Shown piece by piece: positions 10,936 to 21,249 of a DNA stretch of 34,093 nt. Under the pieces are notes generated by a model, which saw nothing but the letters and a program-made list of their open reading frames with translations, was not told the origin of the DNA and did not search any database. Within the stretch, counting starts at the first letter, position 1; the number at the start of each line of letters is the position of its first letter. This DNA comes from Octopus bimaculoides (lineage: Eukaryota): contig NC_069000.1 of the NCBI RefSeq assembly GCF_001194135.2, positions 44,529,159-44,563,251 of the forward strand, given 5' to 3'. Position numbers and translations under genes: made by a program.

Positions 10936-11465
10936 CCACATACATACATACATACATACATACATACACACGCACGCACGAACCCCCTACACATACATAC
11001 GCGCGCACACACACACATACACATAGTCATACGTATCTCTCTATATATGACAGCGCTTGCTTGCAGAAGATTTAATCAGTAAGACAGACAGATAGCAGAC
11101 ACGGTGAGTAAGAGAGACAGACCGACAGTGAACCTGTCAGTCAGTCGGTCAGTCGGTCAGTCGGTCAGTCTGTCGGTCAGGTAAATCATCAAAGCTAGAA
11201 TCACATCACTTAAACATCGTTTGAACACCACAGCGGACAGGTGCGTCTGTCATTCTTCTTACCTGTTTAATATCATCTCACTTTGATGTGATATCAGGGA
11301 GACGCAGAGAGCGAAGACGACGAGACAGAGAGAAAGAAAGGATAAAACAATCAAAGAAAAGAAAACCACTCCCCCCTCCTCCACCAAAATAAGGGGAACT
11401 AAAGAAGAGTGAAAATATATAAGATATATGAAAACAAACAGTAAGAAGTTCCACGAAGGTTTATA

Positions 11466-11565
11466 ATGAGGGTCCTGAGGCTAGAAGATCGTCGACCGCT
11501 TCTCGTATTATTACTGATCCTGTGTAATGTAGGGACCAGTTCCGCCAGCCAGCTCCAAGACACAG
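11466..11565 (+). CDS. PKHD1L1: Fibrocystin-L (PKHD1L1-like) gene, coding exon 1 (signal peptide)
   Basis: ATG at 11466 with A at -3 and an in-frame TAA upstream at 11442-11444. Translates to MRVLRLEDRRPLLVLLLILCNVGTSSASQLQDT (basic n-region, hydrophobic core, small-residue cleavage site). Ends in a phase-1 donor G|GTAAGC whose G joins the AT that opens exon 2 to give GAT (Asp). Its link to the downstream exons is inferred from phase and protein logic. Confidence 0.75.
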
Positions 11566-11651
11566 GTAAGCTAATTAAGGAAATTATTCGACGAGTTCCT
11601 AATTCCTAAGTCGTTGCTTTTCTTTTAATATTTTCTTCCTTTTTCTTTTAT

Positions 11652-11872
11652 AAGGCGGCGAACTGGCAGAAACGTTAGCGCGCAGGGCGAAATGATCAGT
11701 GATATTTTGTCTGCCGTTACGTTCTGAGTTCAAATTCCGCCGAGGGCGACTTTTCTTTTCATTCTTTCGAGGGCGATAAATTAAGTACCAGTTGCGTACT
11801 AGGGTCGATCTAATAGACTGCCCCCCCCCCTCTCCCAAAATTTCGGGCCTTGTACCTAGAGTAGAAAAGAAT
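11652..11872 (+). mobile_element. SINE family A, full length (intron 1)
   Basis: AAGGCGGCGAACTGGCAGAAACG...GAGTTCAAATTCC...TAGAGTAGAAAAGAAT. Confidence 0.92.
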
Positions 11873-11996
11873 GTTTGTTTTCTTTTCTTAGAATTATGAA
11901 ATATTTTTTTCCTCTCGTTTTCTTTCTAATCACGCAGAGAAGATAATCATCGCCATCATCATCATCGTTATTACCATCGTTAACATCATCGTCGTC

Positions 11997-12455
11997 AAGG
12001 CGGCGAACTGGCAGAATTGTTAGCANNNNNNNNNNNNNNNNNNNNNNNNNNNNNNNNNNNNNNNNNNNNNNNNNNNNNNNNNNNNNNNNNNNNNNNNNNN
12101 NNNNNNNNNNNNNNNNNNNNNNNNNNNNNNNNNNNNNNNNNNNNNNNNNNNNNNNNNNNNNNNNNNNNNNNNNNNNNNNNNNNNNNNNNNNNNNNNNNNN
12201 NNNNNNNNNNNNNNNNNNNNNNNNNNNNNNNNNNNNNNNGGCCTTGTGTAGAAAAGAATCGTTAGCACGCCGGGCGAAATGCTTAGCGGTATTTTGTCTG
12301 CCGCTATGTTCTGAGTTCAAATTCCGCCGTGGTCGACTTTGCCTTTCATTCTTTCAGAGTCGATAAATTAAGTACCAGTTGCGTACTGAGGTCTATCTAA
12401 TCGACTTATCTCCTCCCCCAAAATGGCTTCCTTTGTGGCAAAATTTGAAACAAAT
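11997..12455 (+). mobile_element. Two tandem SINE family A copies, the first interrupted by a gap
   Basis: Head at 11997-12026, tail at 12240-12259, fused to a second copy starting at AGAATCGTTAGC. Confidence 0.85.
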
Positions 12456-12632
12456 ATTATCATCATCATCATCATTGCTATTATTTTGGTCATCATCGCC
12501 GTCGTCACCATTGTCTTCATCATTGTTGTCATCGTGGCCTTCATGATTCCCCACCACCACCACCACCACCATCATCATCATCACCATCATCATCATCACC
12601 ATCATCATCAAAATTGTGGTGTCACCACCACC
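12455..12632. repeat. (CAT/CAC)n compound trinucleotide repeat
   Basis: Seen directly. Confidence 0.9.
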
Positions 12633-12836
12633 ATCAGGTCTCGATCCCCGGCTACGGCCCTTCCTACTTTACTCCAGGACACAAATATCATTTTGTAATG
12701 GAATGAACGCCTTTAACTTGCCACATCACATGCGACATAATCCCGGGGGGCTGTGTGCTCGATTTTATGGGTTGGTAACATTGTTTGTGAAGCGAACAAA
12801 CTGGTTTGTCCACGTCACTCCATAAGGAGCACAAAA

Positions 12837-13051
12837 CCGGTTTCTCGGTTTCTCTGGTGTATATTCCTCCCTGGACGGGACGCCAGTCCATCCTAGGGTT
12901 AACTCACTTTTACCAGCTGAGTGGACTGGCGTAACGTGAAATTAAATGTTTTACTCAAGAACGCATCGTATCGTCCGTCGGTCCAGGGATCGAAACTATA
13001 ATCTTACGATCCTAAGTAACACACTCTAACCACGACACCACGCGCCTTCAC
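12837..13051 (-). mobile_element. SINE family E
   Basis: tRNA-like head at the 13051 end, CORE-like body and GGAAACC tail motif, homologous to 27362-27628. Confidence 0.85.
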
Positions 13052-13064
13052 ATGCTCCGAACAA

Positions 13065-13178
13065 AATGCATCACGGTATTTATTCCGAAACTTTTACATT
13101 CTGAGTTCAAATCCCGCCGAGGTCAACTTTGCCTTTCAGCCTTTCAAGGTCGATAAAATAAAATACCAGATGTATACT
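13065..13178 (+). mobile_element. SINE family A, internal fragment
   Basis: TTCTGAGTTCAAATCCCGCCGAGGTCAACTTTGCCTTTCA...TACCAG. Confidence 0.8.
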
Positions 13179-13218
13179 GGCTTTATCTATTATCACAAAA
13201 GCTCCTCTTGTGTCAGCG

Positions 13219-13480
13219 TCATTGACTACTATAAAGACAATTTCCTGTAATGCTTTCATCCAATGCTTTTCGCTCTTCTTTTAGAATATTTGGTTTTACG
13301 TGATTAACTGGCAGCTCAAAATTTTTCCTCTGGAGGCCTCTTCTACATTTCCCTAAATGATTATTATAGTCCACCGTTTGTTTCTTACTAGTGATGAATC
13401 TTCGCAATTTCACAATTAGATTCTGGAGTGGATGTACATTTAAATCCATACGCTAAAAGTTTTTATATAATTCGGTTTTT
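13219..13480 (-). mobile_element. Decayed Penelope-like ORF N-terminal region (inverted relative to the main fragment)
   Basis: Minus-strand frames give KLLAYGFKCTSTPESN (cf. PLE LLxKGLxFxPTP) and HVKPNILKEERKAL (cf. PLE N[LI]xxEExxAL). Confidence 0.6.
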
Positions 13481-13884
13481 TAAAATCTCATCCCACAAGT
13501 TCATTAATTTTCGAGTCTGATATTTCAGTATTTTCTAGAATCTTCGTATGTTTTTTTTTTTTTTTTCTGTTTTTTGCATAAATTTTCCGTTTCTTAAAAA
13601 TGATTTTTACTTTGTGATCCATTGACGCTTCATCTTTCTGTTCTGCCATCTCACAAGGATGTTGATATCTTTAGTAGAATGCCATCTTTCCATCTTTCAT
13701 TGCTTATTTGTAACAGATTTATGCCGTCTTACTCGGTTTGTCGGTCTACTTTAGCCTGGGTTTCTATTGTTTGTCAAGATTCGCGGAAGAATAGTGTTTT
13801 GTTGTGACTGAGTTTTCTCTGGTATGAATTATTGACTTTTTGTCCAATCTTATGTCTGCGCATGGACGGGTTTTTGCTGACTTT

Positions 13885-14900
13885 TGTCATATAAAACCAA
13901 ATATTACAAAAGAAGAGTACAAAGCATTGAAACATTTATAGACGGATTCTTTTGTAGTAATTTCTAAAGCTGGTAGAAGAGAAATTGTAATAACGAAAAA
14001 AACCCATTGCAAAGAAAATGGTTTTAGAACAATGAAATGTTATAAAATAGCAAACAAACCAACACAGATAAGAGAGCAATTATCAAAACCAGTAAATTAA
14101 CATATAAATTTAAAGCAATTTATAACAAAAGAATCGAATTATTTAACTATTTTTTAGGTGCATTTAACAGGCAACTGTTATGGATTGCCGAAGCTTCATG
14201 AACCTAAAGGAACTCATAATAGTTTTAAAGATATTCATAATTCCTAGATAGGAATTCCAAAACGTTAGATTAAAAACTACGTTCAACTGTTATTGGACTG
14301 GCATCAAGCATAAAAATTAAGCATTCTACTGGGCTTATATTCAAACTGTTATGCAAATTGGTTCCTCATTTAATCAGAAATCGTATGCACTGTTTTAGAT
14401 TACATCCTTGAAAAGTGCCTACAAATAATTCAAAAGAGAATTTCCAAAAAAACAACTCATTTTAAATGGGCTGCGATTGGTGCTAGAAAATAATTTCCTT
14501 TTTGGTGATCAGTATTACTTACAAATAAGGGGCGACAATGGCAACAAAAATCACCCCTACTCATGCAACATTGGTGATGAGGATTTTAGAAGAATATATC
14601 TATGTCAAGCCCGAGATTATCTTTGGTCAGCGTTTTAAAATAATGTTTTAGAAAATACAGGATTAGATACGTCGAAGTCTATCTTTTGGACTAGACTTAA
14701 GGAAAAACTCACAAAAACATTCACGAATTCATCAAATTCCTACGGAAAATGAATGATAGAGAACAACCATTTTTGGACATTCTCTTAAGGAAAAGTGAAT
14801 TACTGCTGGTCTTTACAGTAAAGAAACGGTCACATTTTAGGATTTGCAATCCATTCCACACTCACATAAATAACCTACTGACTTTAGTGAAATGTATGAA
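13885..14900 (+). mobile_element. Decayed Penelope-like element reverse transcriptase
   Basis: Collinear PLE motifs in broken frames: HIKPNITKEEYKALKHL*TDSFVVISKA (13888), YGLPKLH (14179), VLENNFLFGDQYYLQIRG/TMATKITPTHATLVMRILEE (14480-14595), EQPFLDIL (14761). Confidence 0.85.
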
Positions 14901-14974
14901 TGAAATAGTTCTAGTTCCAGTTAAACCAGGGGGAGACGACTGTAAGGAGTATAAGTATTCCTCCAGAAACCAAA

Positions 14975-14985
14975 CCTGAATAATG

Positions 14986-15049
<64 letters not shown>

Positions 15050-15178
15050 CATCGAAAAATACCTTAGGAATGAGAACCCAAGACACCTGATGAAGGCTGG
15101 AGGGTATATCAGCCGAAACGTTGTGTTAACAACAAACAAGATGAGGACAAGTATCCGTCAAATGTAAATAATGTACAT
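14975..15178 (+). mobile_element. 5'-truncated copy of the tRNA/Penelope-tail element with the hammerhead motif present
   Basis: Homologous to 1248-1410 (ACCTGAA-(AAT)n-AACATCGAAAAATACCTTAGGAAT.AGAACCCA...GACACCTGATGA...GGACAA.TATCCGTC.AATGTAAATAAT). Confidence 0.85.
15082..15127 (+). ncRNA. Minimal type I hammerhead ribozyme motif (Penelope type)
   Basis: Stem I GACAC(15082-86)/GUGUU(15123-27); core CUGAUGA (15087-93) plus one extra A; stem II GGCUG/CAGCC with a 10-nt loop; GAAA (15115-18); loop-less palindromic helix III ACGU; predicted cleavage after GUU (15122). Activity not demonstrated. Confidence 0.75.
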
Positions 15179-15184
15179 ATTTGA

Positions 15185-15390
15185 GTGCTTGTTTTTGTTC
15201 CACCAACATCGCTTGGCAACCGATGTTGGTGTGTTTACGTCCCCGTGACTTAGCTGTTCGGCAAAAAGAGACCGATAGAATAAGTACTAGGCTCAGATAG
15301 AATAAGTCCTGGGGGTCGATTTGTTCGACTAAAGGCGCTGCTCCAGTATGACCGCAGTCAAATGACAGAAACAAGTAAACGAATAAAAGA
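15185..15390 (+). mobile_element. 3' half (D module) of composite SINE B/D
   Basis: AACATCGCTTG.CAACCGATG..GGTGTGTTTACGTCCCCGT.ACTTAGC...GCAGTCAAATGAC.GAAACAAGTAAA, the reverse complement of 26275-26451. Confidence 0.85.
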
Positions 15391-15942
15391 AGAAGAAAAA
15401 AAGAAGAAAAGAAGCACCATAATTATCAGAGCTGGTTCTCAATTCTATAGAAAAATCTGAAGAGGAGCACCTCCTAAAAGCCAAACATTACAGTTCTTAT
15501 TTCCTAATTATTCGCTTGGCTGAAAAGTAAACAGCGTTGACAATGAAGAAGCGGACTTGAGAACAATCACTTTGCGAACCGCCGATATTTATTATTTCTA
15601 TTTCTTTCGCTCCCTTATTCTCCATTGCAGCTAAGTCGTTTGTATTCTAATGACTTTGATTTCTGATATACAACCAGATTAATATTTTTGCCCTGGACAA
15701 ACAAACTGTGGATTATATTTCATTGTTTATTGACAGCGATATAGATTAAACCTTAACTGCAATTAGCAGCAGCAACAACGGCAGTATTAGTTGTAGCAAT
15801 GGTTTTCTTGCGTAGGTTCAGCTCAAACACGGCTGAGTAGCACTATTTTCAAAAGCGTTCTAGCCATGACTATTCTATATTTTTCCTGCTAAGGGCAGTG
15901 AATAAGAACCACATAGTCTAACATATTTTTCATTTTGTTAAA

Positions 15943-15981
<39 letters not shown>

Positions 15982-15985
<4 letters not shown>

Positions 15986-16143
15986 GTTGGTGCATAATTA
16001 TTGTGGCTTATTTTTTTAAACAAATTTTATTCAACAAAAACAATAACAATATTTCAGAAAACCATCTTTAAATGACGGTCTGCCAAGCAGATGGGAAGCA
16101 GTAATTGAAGTAGATGGTGAATATTCTCCGGAATAATCATTTA
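15982..16143 (+). mobile_element. Mariner-derived fold-back MITE (right end in gap)
   Basis: After (TA)n comes TTGGGTTGGTGCATAATTATTG, a mariner-type TIR resembling TTAGGTTGGTGCAAAAG. 16080-16136 encodes LPSRWEAVIEVDGEYSPE*, the mariner transposase C-terminus. Confidence 0.85.
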
Positions 16144-16930
16144 NNNNNNNNNNNNNNNNNNNNNNNNNNNNNNNNNNNNNNNNNNNNNNNNNNNNNNNNN
16201 NNNNNNNNNNNNNNNNNNNNNNNNNNNNNNNNNNNNNNNNNNNNNNNNNNNNNNNNNNNNNNNNNNNNNNNNNNNNNNNNNNNNNNNNNNNNNNNNNNNN
16301 NNNNNNNNNNNNNNNNNNNNNNNNNNNNNNNNNNNNNNNNNNNNNNNNNNNNNNNNNNNNNNNNNNNNNNNNNNNNNNNNNNNNNNNNNNNNNNNNNNNN
16401 NNNNNNNNNNNNNNNNNNNNNNNNNNNNNNNNNNNNNNNNNNNNNNNNNNNNNNNNNNNNNNNNNNNNNNNNNNNNNNNNNNNNNNNNNNNNNNNNNNNN
16501 NNNNNNNNNNNNNNNNNNNNNNNNNNNNNNNNNNNNNNNNNNNNNNNNNNNNNNNNNNNNNNNNNNNNNNNNNNNNNNNNNNNNNNNNNNNNNNNNNNNN
16601 NNNNNNNNNNNNNNNNNNNNNNNNNNNNNNNNNNNNNNNNNNNNNNNNNNNNNNNNNNNNNNNNNNNNNNNNNNNNNNNNNNNNNNNNNNNNNNNNNNNN
16701 NNNNNNNNNNNNNNNNNNNNNNNNNNNNNNNNNNNNNNNNNNNNNNNNNNNNNNNNNNNNNNNNNNNNNNNNNNNNNNNNNNNNNNNNNNNNNNNNNNNN
16801 NNNNNNNNNNNNNNNNNNNNNNNNNNNNNNNNNNNNNNNNNNNNNNNNNNNNNNNNNNNNNNNNNNNNNNNNNNNNNNNNNNNNNNNNNNNNNNNNNNNN
16901 NNNNNNNNNNNNNNNNNNNNNNNNNNNNNN

Positions 16931-17012
16931 AACTCCCTCACAAGACTTTGGTCACGCGGGAGAGTCGAACCCGAAACCATGTGGTTGTGAAACGAAATTT
17001 ATAACCACGTGC
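16931..17012 (-). mobile_element. Degenerate SINE family B fragment
   Basis: CTCACAAGACTTTGGTC and GAACCCG.AACCATGTGGTTG are shared with 26654-26819; internally deleted. Confidence 0.6.
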
Positions 17013-17294
17013 AGCTACCCCTACATCATCACCATCACGACGACGACGCCGACGCCGACCGCCACCACCACCACCACCACAACCACCTTCACGCTTTTTT
17101 ACTTGATGCCCCAGACCCCCAAGCGAGCAGTCCCCGACCCCATTCATCTCTATTATGTCAGTAATTGGGTTTGGAAGATACTGTTTCAGCTTCGTTGGTC
17201 CGATTTGTTGATGGCACAAAAGCAGCAGTAGCAGCAGCAATTATGACTTTGCATTAAATTCAGTCTATCTGTAGCATCTCTTTCTCTCTCCTTC

Positions 17295-17635
17295 CATTTA
17301 TAATATATATGTGTGTGTGTATATATATGTGTGTGTATGTATATATACACACACACATATATATATACATACACACACAAACACACAATACACACATACA
17401 CGCACAACACACTCATACACACACAACACACGATATATGCACACAAACACACACACAATACACACACAAACACGCACACACACACAACACACAATACACA
17501 CATATACACACACACAACACACGATATATGCACACACACACACACACACATGCAAAAACACGCACACGCACACACACGCACTCACACACACACACATACA
17601 ACACACACACGCACACACACACACACACACACACT
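17295..17635. repeat. Compound (CA)n/(TA)n microsatellite with a duplicated higher-order unit
   Basis: CACACAACACACGATATATGCACACA occurs twice (about 17421 and 17511). Confidence 0.9.
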
Positions 17636-17929
17636 TGCCGTTCTTCCGATAGGTGTTGGAAGAAGACATGTCGTAACAGGCAGCGCAAAGAGGAAACGGC
17701 CGTCGTCTGTTTGTATGGCGGCTGAAGTTGAAACAGGAACAACAAACGACCACAACAGTAACAAAAGCACCAATAGCAACAACACAAACGCCATTAGTAA
17801 AAATAGCAACAACACAGCAACTGCAATAGCAACAACAACAACAACAACAAAAACATGCTATTTATTAATTTTTTTTTAACCAAAAAGTTTCTTGATAATT
17901 ACTTTGAAAATGCGTTGAGATGAAAAACT

Positions 17930-18008
17930 GAAACTGCTGCTGCTGCTGCCGCTGCTGTTCTTGCTGTTGCTGGTATTGCCATTGTCACTACTACTACTAC
18001 TACTACTG

Positions 18009-18042
<34 letters not shown>
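17930..18042. repeat. (CTG)/(CTA)/(AAT)n trinucleotide run
   Basis: Seen directly. Confidence 0.9.
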
Positions 18043-19970
18043 NNNNNNNNNNNNNNNNNNNNNNNNNNNNNNNNNNNNNNNNNNNNNNNNNNNNNNNNNN
18101 NNNNNNNNNNNNNNNNNNNNNNNNNNNNNNNNNNNNNNNNNNNNNNNNNNNNNNNNNNNNNNNNNNNNNNNNNNNNNNNNNNNNNNNNNNNNNNNNNNNN
18201 NNNNNNNNNNNNNNNNNNNNNNNNNNNNNNNNNNNNNNNNNNNNNNNNNNNNNNNNNNNNNNNNNNNNNNNNNNNNNNNNNNNNNNNNNNNNNNNNNNNN
18301 NNNNNNNNNNNNNNNNNNNNNNNNNNNNNNNNNNNNNNNNNNNNNNNNNNNNNNNNNNNNNNNNNNNNNNNNNNNNNNNNNNNNNNNNNNNNNNNNNNNN
18401 NNNNNNNNNNNNNNNNNNNNNNNNNNNNNNNNNNNNNNNNNNNNNNNNNNNNNNNNNNNNNNNNNNNNNNNNNNNNNNNNNNNNNNNNNNNNNNNNNNNN
18501 NNNNNNNNNNNNNNNNNNNNNNNNNNNNNNNNNNNNNNNNNNNNNNNNNNNNNNNNNNNNNNNNNNNNNNNNNNNNNNNNNNNNNNNNNNNNNNNNNNNN
18601 NNNNNNNNNNNNNNNNNNNNNNNNNNNNNNNNNNNNNNNNNNNNNNNNNNNNNNNNNNNNNNNNNNNNNNNNNNNNNNNNNNNNNNNNNNNNNNNNNNNN
18701 NNNNNNNNNNNNNNNNNNNNNNNNNNNNNNNNNNNNNNNNNNNNNNNNNNNNNNNNNNNNNNNNNNNNNNNNNNNNNNNNNNNNNNNNNNNNNNNNNNNN
18801 NNNNNNNNNNNNNNNNNNNNNNNNNNNNNNNNNNNNNNNNNNNNNNNNNGGGAGAATTTACGAAAAAAACAACAGATGAACACAGGTGGTGTAAACAACA
18901 AATGGATGTATTAGTTTAACGCTCGGGAATAGAGAAAGTCTTTGACGTTCCGAGCTACGCTCTTCAACTGAAAGGAACACAGAAAGAAACAAGGAGAGAA
19001 ACAAGGAGAAAAAATATAAATGTAGTGATCAACGATCTATCATGGCGATTATTACAGATATATATCATATATATATAATTTTCAAAAGGCCGACACTCAT
19101 TTATTTAAAGTTCCTAAGAGCGAGAATCACGTGATACCCATATGTTTTTTTTTTTATCTCATCTCTTCAGCTATGATCTGTCTCTGTACTCTTCCAAGTA
19201 CTGCACTCATGAACCATGGCGCAAAGTCGTCTGCTCATTAACGACATGCATGTTAACGCTTTGATTAAACATAAACATGCACTTAACTTTTAATTCCTAA
19301 TTTCACGATCAATAAAAGCTATTTACTTATGTGGGTAAAGGTAAACTAAAGGTGCACCGGATTAGAAGAGATTGATTACATTGGCAAAATACGCTTCTTC
19401 TCCTTCATGTAGCTTTGACCAGCAGGAATTCATATATCATTGGACAATGTCTATCGATTGCTATAAATATAACTTGATCAATATTTATTTATCCTACAGG
19501 CGCTAATTAGATAAATGCTTGTCGTATGTTTGAGAGGGTGCATGCACACACACACACACATATATGTATGTATGTACATATTTATATATATATATATATA
19601 CTATATATATATACAAATATATATATATGTANNNNNNNNNNNNNNNNNNNNNNNNNNNNNNNNNNNNNNNNNNNNNNNNNNNNNNNNNNNNNNNNNNNNN
19701 NNNNNNNNNNNNNNNNNNNNNNNNNNNNNNNNNNNNNNNNNNNNNNNNNNNNNNNNNNNNNNNNNNNNNNNNNNNNNNNNNNNNNNNNNNNNNNNNNNNN
19801 NNNNNNNNNNNNNNNNNNNNNNNNNNNNNNNNNNNNNNNNNNNNNNNNNNNNNNNNNNNNNNNNNNNNNNNNNNNNNNNNNNNNNNNNNNNNNNNNNNNN
19901 NNNNNNNNNNNNNNNNNNNNNNNNNNNNNNNNNNNNNNNNNNNNNNNNNNNNNNNNNNNNNNNNNNNNNN

Positions 19971-20022
19971 TTTCGATCCCTAGGCCGGGCGACGCGTTGT
20001 GTTCTTGAGCAAAACACTTCAT
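19971..20022 (+). mobile_element. SINE family E fragment (head in gap)
   Basis: TTTCGATCCCT.G.CCGGGCGACGCGTTGTGTTCTTGAGCAAAACACTTCAT. Confidence 0.75.
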
Positions 20023-20024
20023 AG

Positions 20025-20345
20025 AGAACATTTCCTTCATCAGCTGCCACCTAGAAGACATTAAAAAAAAACGTGAACAAAATGAGAAACGAGACAGGCA
20101 ACATAAAGAGTAGATAAAACAGGGGACAACTGATGAAGGGACTGTTCTTTATGTTACCTGTCTCATTTCTCCATTTGTTTCTTTCGTTGTTCGAAAAAAA
20201 AAGTTCGTTTTTTATGTTCTCATTTCTAATTTTGTTCATGTTTTTTTTTTACGTCCTGTACCCATATATGCATGTATATATACATATATATGTATGTATA
20301 TATACATATATATGCATGTATATATACATATATATGTATGTAAGT
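20025..20345 (+). mobile_element. Dispersed repeat family F, with an inverted partial duplication on its left side
   Basis: 20110-20345 is homologous to 32895-33125 and to the reverse complement of 23925-24140. 20080-20109 is the reverse complement of 20146-20178. Confidence 0.75.
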
Positions 20346-20399
20346 ATGTACATATGTGTAGGGATATATGCATATATTTATATATTATTTATATTATAT

Positions 20400-20432
<33 letters not shown>

Positions 20433-20464
20433 ATTAATTTCACATTTAATTGTTTCTTCGACAG

Positions 20465-20545
20465 ATATACTGCCGGAATTTTTCTACAACAACAAACATT
20501 ATGGAGGTGTCAATGGCGGCGTGTTACTAACACTCAAAGGAAGAG
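20465..20545 (+). CDS. PKHD1L1: PKHD1L1-like coding exon 2
   Basis: Acceptor ttgtttcttcgacAG, donor GTAAGA, 81 bp, phase 1/1. Encodes (D)ILPEFFYNNKHYGGVNGGVLLTLKGR(G), matching the start of the first IPT domain of vertebrate PKHD1L1 (recalled as IIPKVTEIIPKYGSINGATRLTIRGEG). Confidence 0.85.
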
Positions 20546-20596
20546 GTAAGATATACAACTGATAGAGATGTGGCCCTCCTGGTACAGGAACGCCTC

Positions 20597-20797
20597 TCGC
20601 CGTTACGTTCTGAGTTCAAATTCCACCGAGGTCGACTTTGCCTTTCATCCTTTCGGTCACAATGAATTTCCCCGAGAACTACGTTAAGGGTACATGTGTC
20701 TGTGGAGTGCTCAGCCATTTGCACGTTAATTTCACGAGCAGGTTGTTCCGTTGATCGGATCAACTGGAGCCCTCGTCGTCGTAACCGACGGAGTACC
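20597..20797 (+). mobile_element. SINE A fragment fused to a family C fragment
   Basis: A body at 20597-20656, then the C sequence at 20664-20797. Confidence 0.8.
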
Positions 20798-21249
20798 ACG
20801 ATACATGTGTTGAAAAAAAAAGTATACATATATTATCAGTATTCCTCATTACCCCTTTAATCAACGCATCAACGCAGTGTTCGGTTCGTTCTCTGCGAGG
20901 TCCAGAATCAAGAAAACAGTAATTATATATGACATTCATTAATGATCTTAATCGATGACTTAGATATTGTAAGAGTTGGTGCAGTTAAATGTTGGAACTG
21001 GTGTTTTTATTGCGGTGCAGTTCATGTTAAATGTTGCAGTTGTTATTGGTGTTGCTATGCTTGCAGTTGTTGCTGTTATTGTTAGTCTTATTGCTGCAAT
21101 TGTTGTTGTTGTTATTGTTGTTATTCTATTTAGTTAGAGTTAGGTGCTATTAAGTACTTTTTCTATTAGATATAACTAAAATTTACTAATGAGTCCTTTG
21201 TTTGCCAGTCAGAGTATAATTATTTCGCTTTTAGGACACCTTTGATGTC

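Noticed and set aside
12393-12698. Poly-His / poly-Asp-Met ORFs
   Set aside because: Translation of a (CAT/CAC)n repeat following a SINE tail inside intron 1.
17636-17760. Possible extra exon after TTCCGATAG
   Set aside because: No downstream donor, no similarity to the IPT domain, and not needed to keep phase between exons 1 and 2.
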